37,285 nt of DNA, taken from assembly GCF_001194135.2 (NCBI RefSeq), contig NC_068985.1:24451559-24488843 (forward strand), written 5' to 3'. This stretch comes from Octopus bimaculoides (taxonomy: Eukaryota). The position numbers and the translations under genes were made by a program. This document shows, one piece after another, positions 11,880-24,434 of the stretch (its first letter is position 1; every line of letters begins with the position of its first letter). The notes beneath the pieces were generated by a model, which saw only the letters and a program-made list of their open reading frames with translations, was not told the origin of the DNA and did no database searches.

Positions 11880-12903
11880 AACTGGCACTCATACATTTGG
11901 TAGAAGTTACATATATAATTGAATCACAATTTGGCTCATCTCCATTGAACTTAAAGTTTCAAAAGCTCGAAGGATGAACCTATCCCGCCAAGCACGTAGA
12001 GGAGCATAAATGGAATACGAGATTAAATTCAAGATGGCTTCTAGATATTTAGGCTTCTCTTATTCAGTTTAGGTCATGTGATAGTCTTTGTCTAGAAGCG
12101 AAAACAGGACTTGTTGTAAAAATTTGGAGTACCCAGCTTTGATGATGTTTGGTTACAACTGAGGCTAACTAATCAATATGGATGAGACTGATCAACATGG
12201 GTGAGGATGTAGTGTATACGGGTGGCAGAGATTAAGTAATCAGCCCTTCTGTGGTTGGTAACCAAGCTTAGGTTCGTATATCTGGAATAACAGCAGCCAG
12301 TGTTTGCAGCTCATTAAAAGGATGTATTGCTTGTGAAACAATAAAATAGCTCATTCTTCCTATTCATGAGTACTGCAGTTTGGTGCAGTATGCGTAGTCT
12401 CTTCGGAGGCAGTACTGGCAATTGCAAGTTCCAAGTAATGAAAGGATTACCTGTGAATTATACGCCATTTAATACTGGGGAAGTCGTTCCGATGTTCGTT
12501 GAGTCTCCAGATGAAACAGGAAAGGGCCGTGGAGTTTTTCCTTGTCTCTGCACCTAAAAGAGTACATATGTAGTATATGCGTTCCCTTGAAGTGATGTTA
12601 TGCCCTTGTAATGTCTTGTAAAGCAAACAGTTGGTATGAATATGGATCTTTAAACCATAGCTCTTTAGAAGAAAGAACCTTCCAGTAGGCAGTTGGTAAG
12701 ATTACGTAATTTACAGTTTTGGGTACGACTTGGAGGCTGTAGCTGTGTGCTTGCGTCCCTTGCACAGCGTGTGATGTTAGAAGTGATGTTCTCTGAGTAA
12801 CAGTAACTGATCTTTATGTTGTGGAGGTTGAAAAGCCTATAATACTTTGGGTTATACTTTAAAATTCCATACGGCACTACGTCTGTAAACAAATTATATA
12901 AAT
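11880..12903 (-). pseudogene. Penelope-like element 3' part: RT/EN linker, GIY-YIG endonuclease relic and probable pLTR
   Basis: KYYRLFNLHNIKISYCYSENITS..NCKLRNLTNCLLEG, HYKGIT, KNSTALSCFIWRLNEHRNDFPSIKWRII, CQYCL and LMNRKNELFYC follow the PLE order FNRNTVKVSYSC..CPL.G..Y.G.T..NSTELSKYIW..IKWSI..CNLCL..LLNKRSEL. The pLTR extent (below ~12320) is inferred. Confidence 0.85.
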
Positions 12904-12904
12904 C

Positions 12905-13206
12905 AGGCGTAGGCGTTGTTATGTGGTAAGAAGTTTGATTCTGGATCATTTTGTCCCGGCTTCAGTCCCGCTGCACCGCAGCTTGGGACAGTGTCTACCA
13001 CTATAGTCATGGACCGACCAAAACCTTCTGAAAGTATTTGGTAGGCGAATACTGAGAGATAGTCGTTCTGCATATGATACCGATAAAATAAGCACGATGC
13101 TTAAAAATATATAAGTACTGGAGTTGATTTGTTCGACTAAAACACATTGCGGCAGTACCCCAGCATGGCCGTAGTCTAATGACAGAAACAATAGATAAAA
13201 TAGAAA
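12905..13206 (+). mobile_element. SINE family D, internally deleted
   Basis: Head AGGCGTAGGCGTTGTTATGTGGTAAGAAG..TTCAGTCCCGCTGC; tail GGCAGTACCCCAGCATGGCCGTAGTCTAATGACAGAAACAA. Confidence 0.8.
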
Positions 13207-13406
13207 CATTAGACAGCCGTTAAGACTAGTCTTGGTTATTACGCAGCCTAAACGAGGACATTAATTGAAAAAGAAAGGATGTTGCTATAACCGATACACT
13301 TCTCTATCGAAAATTATTCAGTCTCTGTCACCAGTCGTCTTGTTGAAGTATTATATGTACTCTACCAAAAGTATTGAGTACTACTTTAGTTTCTATATAT
13401 ATTGCC

Positions 13407-13541
13407 TGCCTCCCAGTCTGTTACAGCGACGAGTGTTCTAGTTGATTCGATCAACGGAACAACCGGCTCGTGAAATTAAGGTGCGAGTGGCTGAGCACTC
13501 CACAGACATGCGTAAACTTAATGTAGTTGTCAGGAGGATAT
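13407..13541 (-). mobile_element. SINE family E, 3' fragment
   Basis: Reverse complement TCTGTGGAGTGCTCAGCCACTCGCACCTTAATTTCACGAGC..GTTCCGTTGATCGAATCAAC matches about 17590-17655. Confidence 0.8.
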
Positions 13542-13544
13542 GCG

Positions 13545-13567
13545 CGCGCGCGCGTGAGTGAGTGCGT

Positions 13568-13610
<43 letters not shown>

Positions 13611-13666
13611 AGGCAGGGACAGAGGGAAAAGTATTGATAGACTAAAAGATAAATAAACGGAGAGTA

Positions 13667-13747
<81 letters not shown>

Positions 13748-13760
13748 TACAGATAGATGT
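13545..13760. repeat. compound (GA)n/(GACA)n/(GATA)n microsatellite
   Basis: Direct reading. Confidence 0.95.
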
Positions 13761-14753
13761 TCGAACGGCGAAAAGAAATGTTAAGAGAATTATGTTATAA
13801 GCGTACGGAGAAAGAAGTTTAGCTTCGGAATGGGAAAGTAGTTGGTAATTAAAGACAACAACTGCGAAACAAAATGAGGGAAACAAACCAAAAACAAACA
13901 GAAACAACACAAAACACTTGATATTGGACACTAACAAGGATACGATGGTTAAAGTAGTATAATATTTTCTAAGTGTTTATCTCTTTGGCTATTGTCTTCA
14001 TTTGTTTGTCCGTAAAACTCTTTTATACTATTCATTTTCCCAATTGGCACTTAGACATCCATAATAGATTCCCTGCCGGCTCATTTTTTTCTTTGCTTCA
14101 TTTTTTACACGTGTGTGTGTGTGTGTGTGTAAAAACAGAACGTGAGAGAGAGAGGCCATGTGCGTGAGTGTGGAAAGAGAAAGAGAGAAAGGGAGGCTGT
14201 GTGTGCCTATATGCGTATGTGTCCATCGGTATGTCTGAGTGCGTCGGTATGCCTGTGTGTGTTGTGTATGTGTGCTTGTGTGTATGTGAATGTGTGGCTG
14301 TATGCATGCCAATGTTTGTCTGTGTGAGTGTGTGTGTCAGGGTGTATGTGTGCGTGTGTGAATCTGTGGGTGTGTCTGTGTCTATGTGTCTGCGTGTATG
14401 GTTATATGCGTGATTGCATGTATGTGTATGTGCATATGCATGCATGTGTGTGCGTGTGTGTATGTGTGTGTTACAGTATCACATATAAGCTGGCAGTTTC
14501 TTGGTGTGTAGAGACAAAAAAAAAAACCTTACTATTTGACCAAAGTCTATAAAAGATGCTTGTTTCTTCTCTAATGTTCATCTGGGGGAAAATGAATATT
14601 TATTGGATATTCGAAACGATTCGGAATGAAGAAAAATGCTAAATTATTGGTAACAATGGCACTGGAAACGGAAGTCAACAAATGGTGATTAGAACGATGG
14701 TGGTCGTAATGATGATCATGCTTATTGACCACAATCATAATCATCATCAGCAT

Positions 14754-15288
14754 GATCAACTTCGGCGGAGTTTGGCCTCAGAACCTAAATACAGATGAAA
14801 TGACGATAAGCATTTTGCCCAGCTTTCAAATGATTCTTATTTCTTTATTGCCCACAAGGGGTTAGACATAGAGGGGACAAACAAGGACAGACAAAGGGAT
14901 TAAGTCGATTACAACGGCCGCCAGTGCATAACTGGTACTTAATTTATCGACCCCCGAAAGGATGAAAGGCAAAGTCGACCTCGACGGAATTTGAACTCAG
15001 AACGTAAAGACAGACTAAATATCGCTAAGTATTTCGTCTGGCGTGCTGACGTCTCTTATTTCTTTACTGCCCACAAGGGGCTACACAGAGAGGGGACAAA
15101 TATGGACAGACAAAGGGATTAAGTCGATTATATCGACCCCTGCGCGTCACTGGTACTTATTTAATCGACCCCGAAAGGATGAAAGGCAAAGCTGACCTCG
15201 GTGGGATTTGAACACAGAACATAAAAGCAGACGAATAATCACTAAGCATATTTCCCGGCGTGCTAACGTTTCTGCCAGCTCACCGCCC
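14754..15288 (-). mobile_element. three head-to-tail SINEs: full tail-A copy 15288-15053, headless tail-A copy 15052-14834, old head relic 14833-14754
   Basis: Each downstream unit starts immediately after the box-A CAGAA position. Confidence 0.85.
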
Positions 15289-15749
15289 TAACGCATTATT
15301 TAATATCAAACGCCAGTCAGCGGAGAACATAGTTCACACACCATTAAAGCATGGTATAAAATTTGTAAATGTACAACTGTATCAAATTTACTATTTCTCT
15401 TATGACTGAGAAAATGAACACAGTTTACAATATTCTCTCTCACACGCTTCGTCACTCTCTCACTCTCTCGCTCTTCCCCCTTTCCTCCCACTCTCTCTCC
15501 CTCTCTTCTGTAAACTCTCTTTCTCACTCACTCACTCCCCCTCTCTGTCTCTCTTTCCTTCTCTCTCTCTTTGAGTGGTTTTAAGCTATTTTTTAAAGTG
15601 TACCTTGCTACGGCAATGGGAAAATGCAAAGGTTGTCTGCACATATGTAGATATATACTTATATATGTCAGTGTGTGTGTGATTGTACGGTCAGTGTGTG
15701 TGTAAATATAAGTACGTATATAAAATCTAAGCGGGAGTAAGGTTCCAAA

Positions 15750-15862
15750 CCACATTGGTGTCCAGTGGGAAGTTGATAAAATAAGTACCAGTAGGGTTTT
15801 TGGTTCGATGTAATCGACATTTTCCCATCACCGAAATTGCTGACCGCATCAACATCATATTC

Positions 15863-15910
<48 letters not shown>

Positions 15911-16145
15911 CTATCATCATGACTATCATCATTGTTATCTTCATCGTCATCATCATCGTTATCATCGTCATCATCATCGTCATCATCATCATCATCGTCA
16001 TCACCATCGTCACATGACCACCAGCACCACCAGCCCCATCGTCATCACCACCAGCATCATCATCATTATCGTCCTCCTCCTCCTCCTTCTCCTCCTCTTC
16101 CTCCTCCTCATCATCATCAACAACAACAACAACAACATCAACATC
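15750..16145 (+). mobile_element. degenerate SINE 3' half (tail B) followed by a long (CAT)n/(CCT)n/(CAA)n run
   Basis: GTTGATAAAATAAGTACCAG..TTCGATGTAATCGAC..CCGAAATTGCTG, then microsatellite from ~15862. Confidence 0.65.
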
Positions 16146-16460
16146 ATCCTAATTATCACATGCAATATTATTCAGCAGTGATTCTGTCTCTTCAAATCTC
16201 AAAGAATCTGTCTTAAAATTCTCTCTAAAAAAAAAACAAAAAAAAACAAAACAAGATTGCACTTTATTGCCGATCGCTAATGCAGCTCTCAATACCAGTA
16301 ATATACGGTCTCTTAGGTCGCAGCATGGATGCTGTACCGAAAGCACTACAAGATTTCCATCTTAATCTTCAGCAATTCTTTCCATCTCTCTCGCAAGGCC
16401 CTAAGAAAATTGTTGTCGTTATTTTTACTATTATTAAGCTAGAGGTAGTCTTTTCCGTCT

Positions 16461-16587
16461 GAGATCGATTTTGTCCCTTATTCTTTCGGGGGTCGATAAA
16501 AGAAATACCAGATGGATACTGGGGTCGATGTAACCGACTAGTATCATCCCTTCAAATTGCTGGCTTTGTGCTGAAATTTGAAACCAT

Positions 16588-16629
<42 letters not shown>

Positions 16630-16733
16630 AACTACTACTACTACTATTACTACTACAAATACCACCACCATCACCACTACCACTATTACTACTACTACTA
16701 CTACTACCACCGCCACCACCACCACCACCACCA
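16461..16733 (+). mobile_element. SINE 3' half (tail B) with (TAC)n/(CAC)n tail
   Basis: TTCTTTCGGGGGTCGATAAAAGAAATACCAG..CTGGGGTCGATGTAACCGACTA..AAATTGCTGGCTTTGTGCTGAAATTTGAAACCATTAC. Confidence 0.8.
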
Positions 16734-17341
16734 NNNNNNNNNNNNNNNNNNNNNNNNNNNNNNNNNNNNNNNNNNNNNNNNNNNNNNNNNNNNNNNNNNN
16801 NNNNNNNNNNNNNNNNNNNNNNNNNNNNNNNNNNNNNNNNNNNNNNNNNNNNNNNNNNNNNNNNNNNNNNNNNNNNNNNNNNNNNNNNNNNNNNNNNNNN
16901 NNNNNNNNNNNNNNNNNNNNNNNNNNNNNNNNNNNNNNNNNNNNNNNNNNNNNNNNNNNNNNNNNNNNNNNNNNNNNNNNNNNNNNNNNNNNNNNNNNNN
17001 NNNNNNNNNNNNNNNNNNNNNNNNNNNNNNNNNNNNNNNNNNNNNNNNNNNNNNNNNNNNNNNNNNNNNNNNNNNNNNNNNNNNNNNNNNNNNNNNNNNN
17101 NNNNNNNNNNNNNNNNNNNNNNNNNNNNNNNNNNNNNNNNNNNNNNNNNNNNNNNNNNNNNNNNNNNNNNNNNNNNNNNNNNNNNNNNNNNNNNNNNNNN
17201 NNNNNNNNNNNNNNNNNNNNNNNNNNNNNNNNNNNNNNNNNNNNNNNNNNNNNNNNNNNNNNNNNNNNNNNNNNNNNNNNNNNNNNNNNNNNNNNNNNNN
17301 NNNNNNNNNNNNNNNNNNNNNNNNNNNNNNNNNNNNNNNNN

Positions 17342-17697
17342 GCGGATTCGTGGTCATAGGATCGCGGTTTCGATTCCCAGACTGGGCATTGTGAGTGTTT
17401 ATTGAGCGAAAACACCTAAAGCTCCACGAGGCTCCGGCAGGGGATGGTGGCGAACCCTGCTGTACTCTTTCACCACAAGTTTCTCTCACTCTTACTTCCT
17501 GTTTCTGTTGTGCTTGTAATTCAAAAGGTCAGCCTTGTCACACTGTGTCACGCTGAATATCCCCGAGAACAACGTTAAGGGTACACGTGTCTGTGGAGTA
17601 CTCAGCCACTTGCACGTTAATTTCACGAGCAGGCTGTTCCGTTGATCGGATCAACTGGAACCCTCGTTGTCGTAAGCGACGGCGTGCCAACAACAAC
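17342..17697 (+). mobile_element. SINE family E, near full length, (AAC)n tail
   Basis: B box GGTTTCGATTCCC; 3' hairpin GTTGATC-G-GATCAAC; second copy at 13407-13541; 5' end lost in the gap. Confidence 0.75.
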
Positions 17698-19553
17698 TCC
17701 TATTATAATTTGAACGATGTAGCTTTTAAATTATTCAGAGCGTTAAATAAACATTGTTAGTAGTAATATTTAGTCTCATATGTAACATTTTCAACATCAG
17801 ATCACCAGATCATCAGATCTTACTGGGGACCACTTTACGTTTTAATCCTCCGGGGGTCAATCAGCTTAAATACCAGTATGATAAATAAGACTTATTCCCT
17901 CGGCAATAAACTTTCCTTTGCGAAAGCAGAATTGGCTTTCTAACTTGCCTAAAGAAATAATTAATACCACAATTCTTTCTTCCTTTTCGTTATTATGGTT
18001 ATTGTTTTACTTCCAATGTTCTTTTTTTTTTATTTTCCTTTTATTTACGTATTTATTTATCCTTAGATTTTTCTGAGTCAAGCTTGTCTGCATCCATCAC
18101 CAACACAACTATTGGCTAAATCTGTCCATCCCCTCGAATGACTCACTATTTTCTGCATTATTTCTTTTATATATATTATGTTTTGTAATTCTCTTCTAAG
18201 TCTTTATNNNNNNNNNNNNNNNNNNNNNNNNNNNNNNNNNNNNNNNNNNNNNNNNNNNNNNNNNNNNNNNNNNNNNNNNNNNNNNNNNNNNNNNNNNNNN
18301 NNNNNNNNNNNNNNNNNNNNNNNNNNNNNNNNNNNNNNNNNNNNNNNNNNNNNNNNNNNNNNNNNNNNNNNNNNNNNNNNNNNNNNNNNNNNNNNNNNNN
18401 NNNNNNNNNNNNNNNNNNNNNNNNNNNNNNNNNNNNNNNNNNNNNNNNNNNNNNNNNNNNNNNNNNNNNNNNNNNNNNNNNNNNNNNNNNNNNNNNNNNN
18501 NNNNNNNNNNNNNNNNNNNNNNNNNNNNNNNNNNNNNNNNNNNNNNNNNNNNNNNNNNNNNNNNNNNNNNNNNNNNNNNNNNNNNNNNNNNNNNNNNNNN
18601 NNNNNNNNNNNNNNNNNNNNNNNNNNNNNNNNNNNNNNNNNNNNNNNNNNNNNNNNNNNNNNNNNNNNNNNNNNNNNNNNNNNNNNNNNNNNNNNNNNNN
18701 NNNNNNNNNNNNNNNNNNNNNNNNNNNNNNNNNNNNNNNNNNNNNNNNNNNNNNNNNNNNNNNNNNNNNNNNNNNNNNNNNNNNNNNNNNNNNNNNNNNN
18801 NNNNNNNNNNNNNNNNNNNNNNNNNNNNNNNNNNNNNNNNNNNNNNNNNNNNNNNNNNNNNNNNNNNNNNNNNNNNNNNNNNNNNNNNNNNNNNNNNNNN
18901 NNNNNNNNNNNNNNNNNNNNNNNNNNNNNNNNNNNNNNNNNNNNNNNNNNNNNNNNNNNNNNNNNNNNNNNNNNNNNNNNNNNNNNNNNNNNNNNNNNNN
19001 NNNNNNNNNNNNNNNNNNNNNNNNNNNNNNNNNNNNNNNNNNNNNNNNNNNNNNNNNNNNNNNNNNNNNNNNNNNNNNNNNNNNNNNNNNNNNNNNNNNN
19101 NGCATTATTTCTTTTATATATATTATGTTTTGTAATTCTCTTCTAAGTCTTTATACAAATATTTCTGTCTCTAGTGTTTTCTCAATAAAAAAAAAATCAA
19201 ACACGAAAGAAATGTAAGAAGAAGACAGTGAGATACAAAGATCGAAAGAGAGGTTGTTTATTTTCTCTTGCATTCAATTCCGTTCCGCTTATTTGTGCCT
19301 TTTCTACTGGAATAAGCTAACTATGAAACATAATGAACAAAATGGCGCCGACGACTTCTATAAAGAACGAGATCAAGTGTTATCGATGTCTTATGTGGAC
19401 GCTGTGTTTGTCGGCACTGAGTAGGTATTGCTTTGACGTTAACACAATTGGCCATCGATCTCATATGACGTTCAGTGGATGGGTTACTGATCTGGGGATT
19501 TTAATTAAGATTACCGGTGGTGTAAAAAAAAAATTTCGTCTGCTACTTTCTCT

Positions 19554-19608
<55 letters not shown>

Positions 19609-20389
19609 NNNNNNNNNNNNNNNNNNNNNNNNNNNNNNNNNNNNNNNNNNNNNNNNNNNNNNNNNNNNNNNNNNNNNNNNNNNNNNNNNNNNNNNNNNNN
19701 NNNNNNNNNNNNNNNNNNNNNNNNNNNNNNNNNNNNNNNNNNNNNNNNNNNNNNNNNNNNNNNNNNNNNNNNNNNNNNNNNNNNNNNNNNNNNNNNNNNN
19801 NNNNNNNNNNNNNNNNNNNNNNNNNNNNNNNNNNNNNNNTATATATATATATATGTATGTATGTATATATGTACATACACACATTTATACAAACACACAT
19901 TTACACACACACACATGCATCTGTAGGTGTGTATATATCTATATATCTTTGTGTGTGTTGTTATATATAGGTGTTCACCCTTAGTGCCTGCTTGTCCGAA
20001 TGTGTGCACTTGTATGCGTATGTGTATATGTGTATGCATGTGTTTGTGAATAAATCTATCATTATAAACTTCTCACACTTTATGTCCGTGTATGAACAGG
20101 TACGTAAGTGATAATATGCGTACGCGAGGAAAATAACACCTACTGTTTCCGTCAACAGACTTTCCGAATTTATATTTACAATTTTCATCAGCTGTTTGTT
20201 TCCACAAATAGGATGCCAGCCTGGCTGTCTGTATGTATGTATGCATTATGTATGAGTGTATATATATATATAGGTGCAGGAGTGTTCGTGTGGTAAGTAG
20301 CTTGCTTAATAACCACAATATTCTTAAAGTCTTTTCATGTAGCCTATCGAGGTATCTTACCTTGCTTTTCTGTAGATCTGGTATAGGTC

Positions 20390-20508
20390 TTATTTCTTTA
20401 CTGCCCACAAGGGGCTACACACAGAGGGGACAAACAAGGACAGACAAATGGGTTAAGTCGATTATATCGACCCAGTGCGTAACTGGTACTTATTTAATCG
20501 ACCCCGAA
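20390..20508 (-). mobile_element. 5'-truncated tail-A SINE with perfect 12-bp TSD
   Basis: TSD CTGGTATAGGTC at 20378-20389 and 20509-20520. Confidence 0.95.
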
Positions 20509-20959
20509 CTGGTATAGGTCCTGGTTTCAGTTCGAAAGACCACTGGAATTTTTCTCTATAGTTCCGTTCCGCGATCTGCGATAGCTGATTCCGGATTCTT
20601 TCGTCGCCGTGACGTATGTATAATAACTTTGCACGTGGTATGTATTTCACTGTATGATTATCGCTACGATCTTTTCAAAAAAGGGTGCTTCTTTGCATTT
20701 ACTCAAAGATTTCTATCACCAGGCTTGTGTTAATGGCAAAAATTATAGGGGGTAGTATTCATTATTCGGAAGAATGAATAGTCCTTTATGCCAACGTGTT
20801 TGTATTCAACGCCATGTGTATGTATGTGTGTGAGTTTATCTGGTTTAATTTTCGAATTTCTCTCCAAAAGTAAAAGAACTCGTCTTCAGCCCAAAAACGA
20901 AGCTTACTAAAATAGTTAAAACTATTATCAGAGAATATCTAATATTAATATTAATAACT

Positions 20960-21164
20960 GTAGGTATGGTTGTGTGGGCGGTTAAGAAGCTCACTTTACA
21001 GTCAGATGGTTTCTGGTCCAGTTCTACTGCGCGGCACCTTAGACAAGTGTTTCTACTATAGCCTCGGGCCGATCAATGCCTTGTGAGCGAATTTGCTAGG
21101 CGAAATGTGTGAAAGCCCGTTGTATATGTGTGTGTGTGCATATGCATGTATGTGTGTGTGTGTG

Positions 21165-21215
<51 letters not shown>

Positions 21216-21372
21216 GCGTGTTTGTGCTTATACCTCTCGTAGGTTAACTACTGGTGTTGGTTTGTTTCCGTCCCCGTAACTTAGCGATACAGAATATGTA
21301 CCAGAGTTTAACAAAACAAGTACTGAGATCAGCTAAACGATTCAAGGCGGTGCCCCAGCTTGGCTGCATTTG
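20960..21372 (+). mobile_element. SINE family D with internal (TG)n
   Basis: GCGGCACCTTAGACAAGTGTTTCTACTATAGCCTCGGGCCGATCAATGCCTTGTGAG..(TG)n..TTCAAGGCGGTGCCCCAGC. Confidence 0.85.
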
Positions 21373-21839
21373 NNNNNNNNNNNNNNNNNNNNNNNNNNNN
21401 NNNNNNNNNNNNNNNNNNNNNNNNNNNNNNNNNNNNNNNNNNNNNNNNNNNNNNNNNNNNNNNNNNNNNNNNNNNNNNNNNNNNNNNNNNNNNNNNNNNN
21501 NNNNNNNNNNNNNNNNNNNNNNNNNNNNNNNNNNNNNNNNNNNNNNNNNNNNNNNNNNNNNNNNNNNNNNNNNNNNNNNNNNNNNNNNNNNNNNNNNNNN
21601 NNNNNNNNNNNNNNNNNNNNNNNNNNNNNNNNNNNNNNNNNNNNNNNNNNNNNNNNNNNNNNNNNNNNNNNNNNNNNNNNNNNNNNAGGCTCCTAGGAAA
21701 CATTAATGTTACCAAATGTTTCACAGATTACCCATTAGTGATTCTTTTCAATTTTCACACAGTACTGATAAAGTGTGAACGTCACCATAGTGAAAGGGAA
21801 ATCACAAAAAAGAAACACAAGATCCGTTCGCTTTTGTTT

Positions 21840-21840
21840 A

Positions 21841-21898
<58 letters not shown>

Positions 21899-22071
21899 GG
21901 TGGTGGTGGTGGTGGTTTTTGGTGGTAGTAGTGGTCATCGTCGTCGTCATGGCAGTGGTGGTGCTAGTAATGGTGGTAGTAGTGAAGTAGTTGTGGTGGC
22001 AGTAGTGACAGTAGCATTGGGAAAATGTTTGTTTTCTTCTTCTTCTTCTTCTTCTTCTTCTTCTTCTTCTT

Positions 22072-22100
<29 letters not shown>
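21840..22100. repeat. (TAG)n/(TGG)n and (TTC)n microsatellites
   Basis: Direct reading. Confidence 0.95.
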
Positions 22101-22102
<2 letters not shown>

Positions 22103-22239
22103 AACCTTCTTGGGAATATCCCGCTCTTTAGTTCTAGTAGGGGACTGGAATGGTATTTTCCAGTTGTCTGATAGATACCGACTGGATCTCCTAAATGTGA
22201 CAATGTAGGCATGAAGCAACCACGATAGGTTTTCTAGAT

Positions 22240-23359
22240 CGTTGTTAGAGTATTCGTTAGGCTAACTGACAAAGATATGTTAGGGTGTCCACAATTCAAA
22301 CTTGTCGACTACTGGAAGTTGAACGCATCTTATAAGGACGAATAGATTACCGGATTAACGAGCTAATTAAGAGAATCTAAATCCAGTGTTTAAAATTTTG
22401 GCCATTGTTGACGCTTGTCGCGGACGGTTTGGTGTGAGGAGCTCAAACATGTGCCATATCTAATAGATCCATAACAGGTGATGGGGAAATCTGAAGAGGG
22501 CAACTGAATATGAGTCAACAGCATTTCATGAAGAACAAGTAATAAAGAGAAATGGAACAGAGAAAGAGCTAGTAAGTAAACTAGAATAAGCGATTAGAAG
22601 TGGCATCATGACAAACGTGCTAGCGGCAAGGATGGCCCTCGACCATTACTTCAATGCAAAACACGAAGGTTGCATTGTCAGGGCTAGAGTTTGTGCGCCA
22701 AAACAAGAAGGAAGAGAAGCCGTCCCACGGACTCGTGTGGTGGAGGCGCAACGTAGCAACAAAACCTTAATTCAGTCTGTAACAGATCAGGATGGGCGCG
22801 TATTGCGCGGTTCCAAACAAATGTACGTGGCCTTCCCGCAGCACTTTGCCTAACTCTTCAGAGAAAGCGATAGGACATGGAGAATTATGGACCTTAGTAC
22901 CTACTTGGACGGCTTGCCGCAACTCTCAGAAGGAGAAGCTAGGCGTTGTGAAAGGCCGATAACAGCAAATAAGATACGAAAAGTACTGAATGGATGCGCA
23001 AGGGATAAGGTGTCTGATTTCGATGATCTGCCGTATGAAAGTTTTATGGATATATGTCGACTTGATTGGTGACATCTTGGCAAATGTCAATCACAACTGG
23101 CAGCAAAACGGGAGAATTTCCCAGATATGTAAGCTTTTGCTGAGGAAGGATGCCAATAAAGGGGATATTATAGACAATTTCCAGCCCTTAACCCTGCTAA
23201 ATACAGAGTTTAAAATTTTGGCCAAGGCGTTGGCAAAGAGGTTGACGCTTGTCGCGGACAGTTTAGTCGGGGAAGCTCAGACATGTGTAATCTCCGATAG
23301 ATCCATATGCGACAATCTCCACCTGATGCGCTACGTCCTAGAAACAATGATTAGCAAGT
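22240..23359 (+). pseudogene. L1-clade (Tx1-like) LINE ORF2 relic: post-endonuclease linker to early RT
   Basis: YWKLNAS; EGCIVRAR; LPQLSEGEARRCERPITANKIRKVLNGCARDK; LLRKDANKGDIIDNFQPLTLLNTEFKILAKALAKRL..LVGEAQTCVISDRSICDNLHLMRYVLE. Several stops and frameshifts. Confidence 0.88.
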
Positions 23360-23464
23360 CTGGTATCGATTCATTCGACTAAAAATTCTTCAAAGCAGTA
23401 CCCCAGCATGGCCGAAGTCTAATAATCTAATGACTGAAACAAGTAAAAAAAGAAAAAAAGATAA
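23360..23464 (+). mobile_element. SINE family D 3' tail truncating the L1 relic
   Basis: TCGATTCATTCGACTAAAAATTCTTCAAAGCAGTACCCCAGCATGGCC..AATGACTGAAACAAGTAAAA. Confidence 0.85.
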
Positions 23465-23473
23465 ACGATATGC

Positions 23474-23476
<3 letters not shown>

Positions 23477-23562
<86 letters not shown>
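23477..23562. repeat. (TG)43 microsatellite
   Basis: Direct reading. Confidence 0.95.
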
Positions 23563-23564
<2 letters not shown>

Positions 23565-23772
23565 CGCGCTGACGTGAACAGGCTAACCTTTTGTGCAATG
23601 CATACGAAGTGTATATGATTATGGTTATATGTATTTACGCAAGTATATATTCCTAATACATTATATATGTACCATGGATATTACATAAAATTGCATTAGT
23701 TATTCTAGTCCCGTAAAACTAAGTCCGTTCACGCACACATGCACACGCACAGACACACACAGACACAAACAG

Positions 23773-23806
<34 letters not shown>

Positions 23807-24390
23807 ACACACACGCACACACACACTCGCATTCTGTATATCTTTTTCCGGACTTGAGTTCATGTTTTTGATAGTTGAATGTATGAATACTGTCATTAGT
23901 GGAAGGCATAAAAAGCTTACACAGACAGAAACAAATTCACAAACATACACACACACGCACACACACAGACACACATGTGTATGTCTGTGATATATTAGCA
24001 TATGTAACATATGTGTGTGAGCGTATGGAGGTGTGCCTCTATTTGCTTTAGTTATCTTGTTACGTGCTTATAACAGCTTATAATTATATTTACTCACACG
24101 CAGAACATAATTGATTAATTCATAAATGCATGTATATATAAATGATTTTGCCGCTTTCAAACATACGGATACAACACAGAAAGCGTGTGCAGACTGGACA
24201 TATAAATACACATACAGTTGTGCATCTCGGACACCGACAATGGGGCGGCGAAGTGTATTTACGAATACATCATTATTTACCTCCATTTTAGTTTGTTCAA
24301 ACATTTACCGTCGACGACAAGCCTCTCTCATGCGAAGTGTTTTATCGTTATAAACTGTTGTCATTGCTATTATTATTATTCATTTTGTTG

Positions 24391-24434
<44 letters not shown>

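Noticed and set aside
15837-16216. His/Gln/Pro-rich ORFs resembling a transcription-factor low-complexity region
   Set aside because: This is the (CAT)n tail of a SINE relic, open in several frames, with no splice or domain support.
18155-19154. Identical 53-bp direct repeats (18155-18207 and 19102-19154) flanking an 894-N gap, like a large TSD
   Set aside because: They are perfectly identical and end exactly at the contig edges; most likely an unmerged contig overlap.
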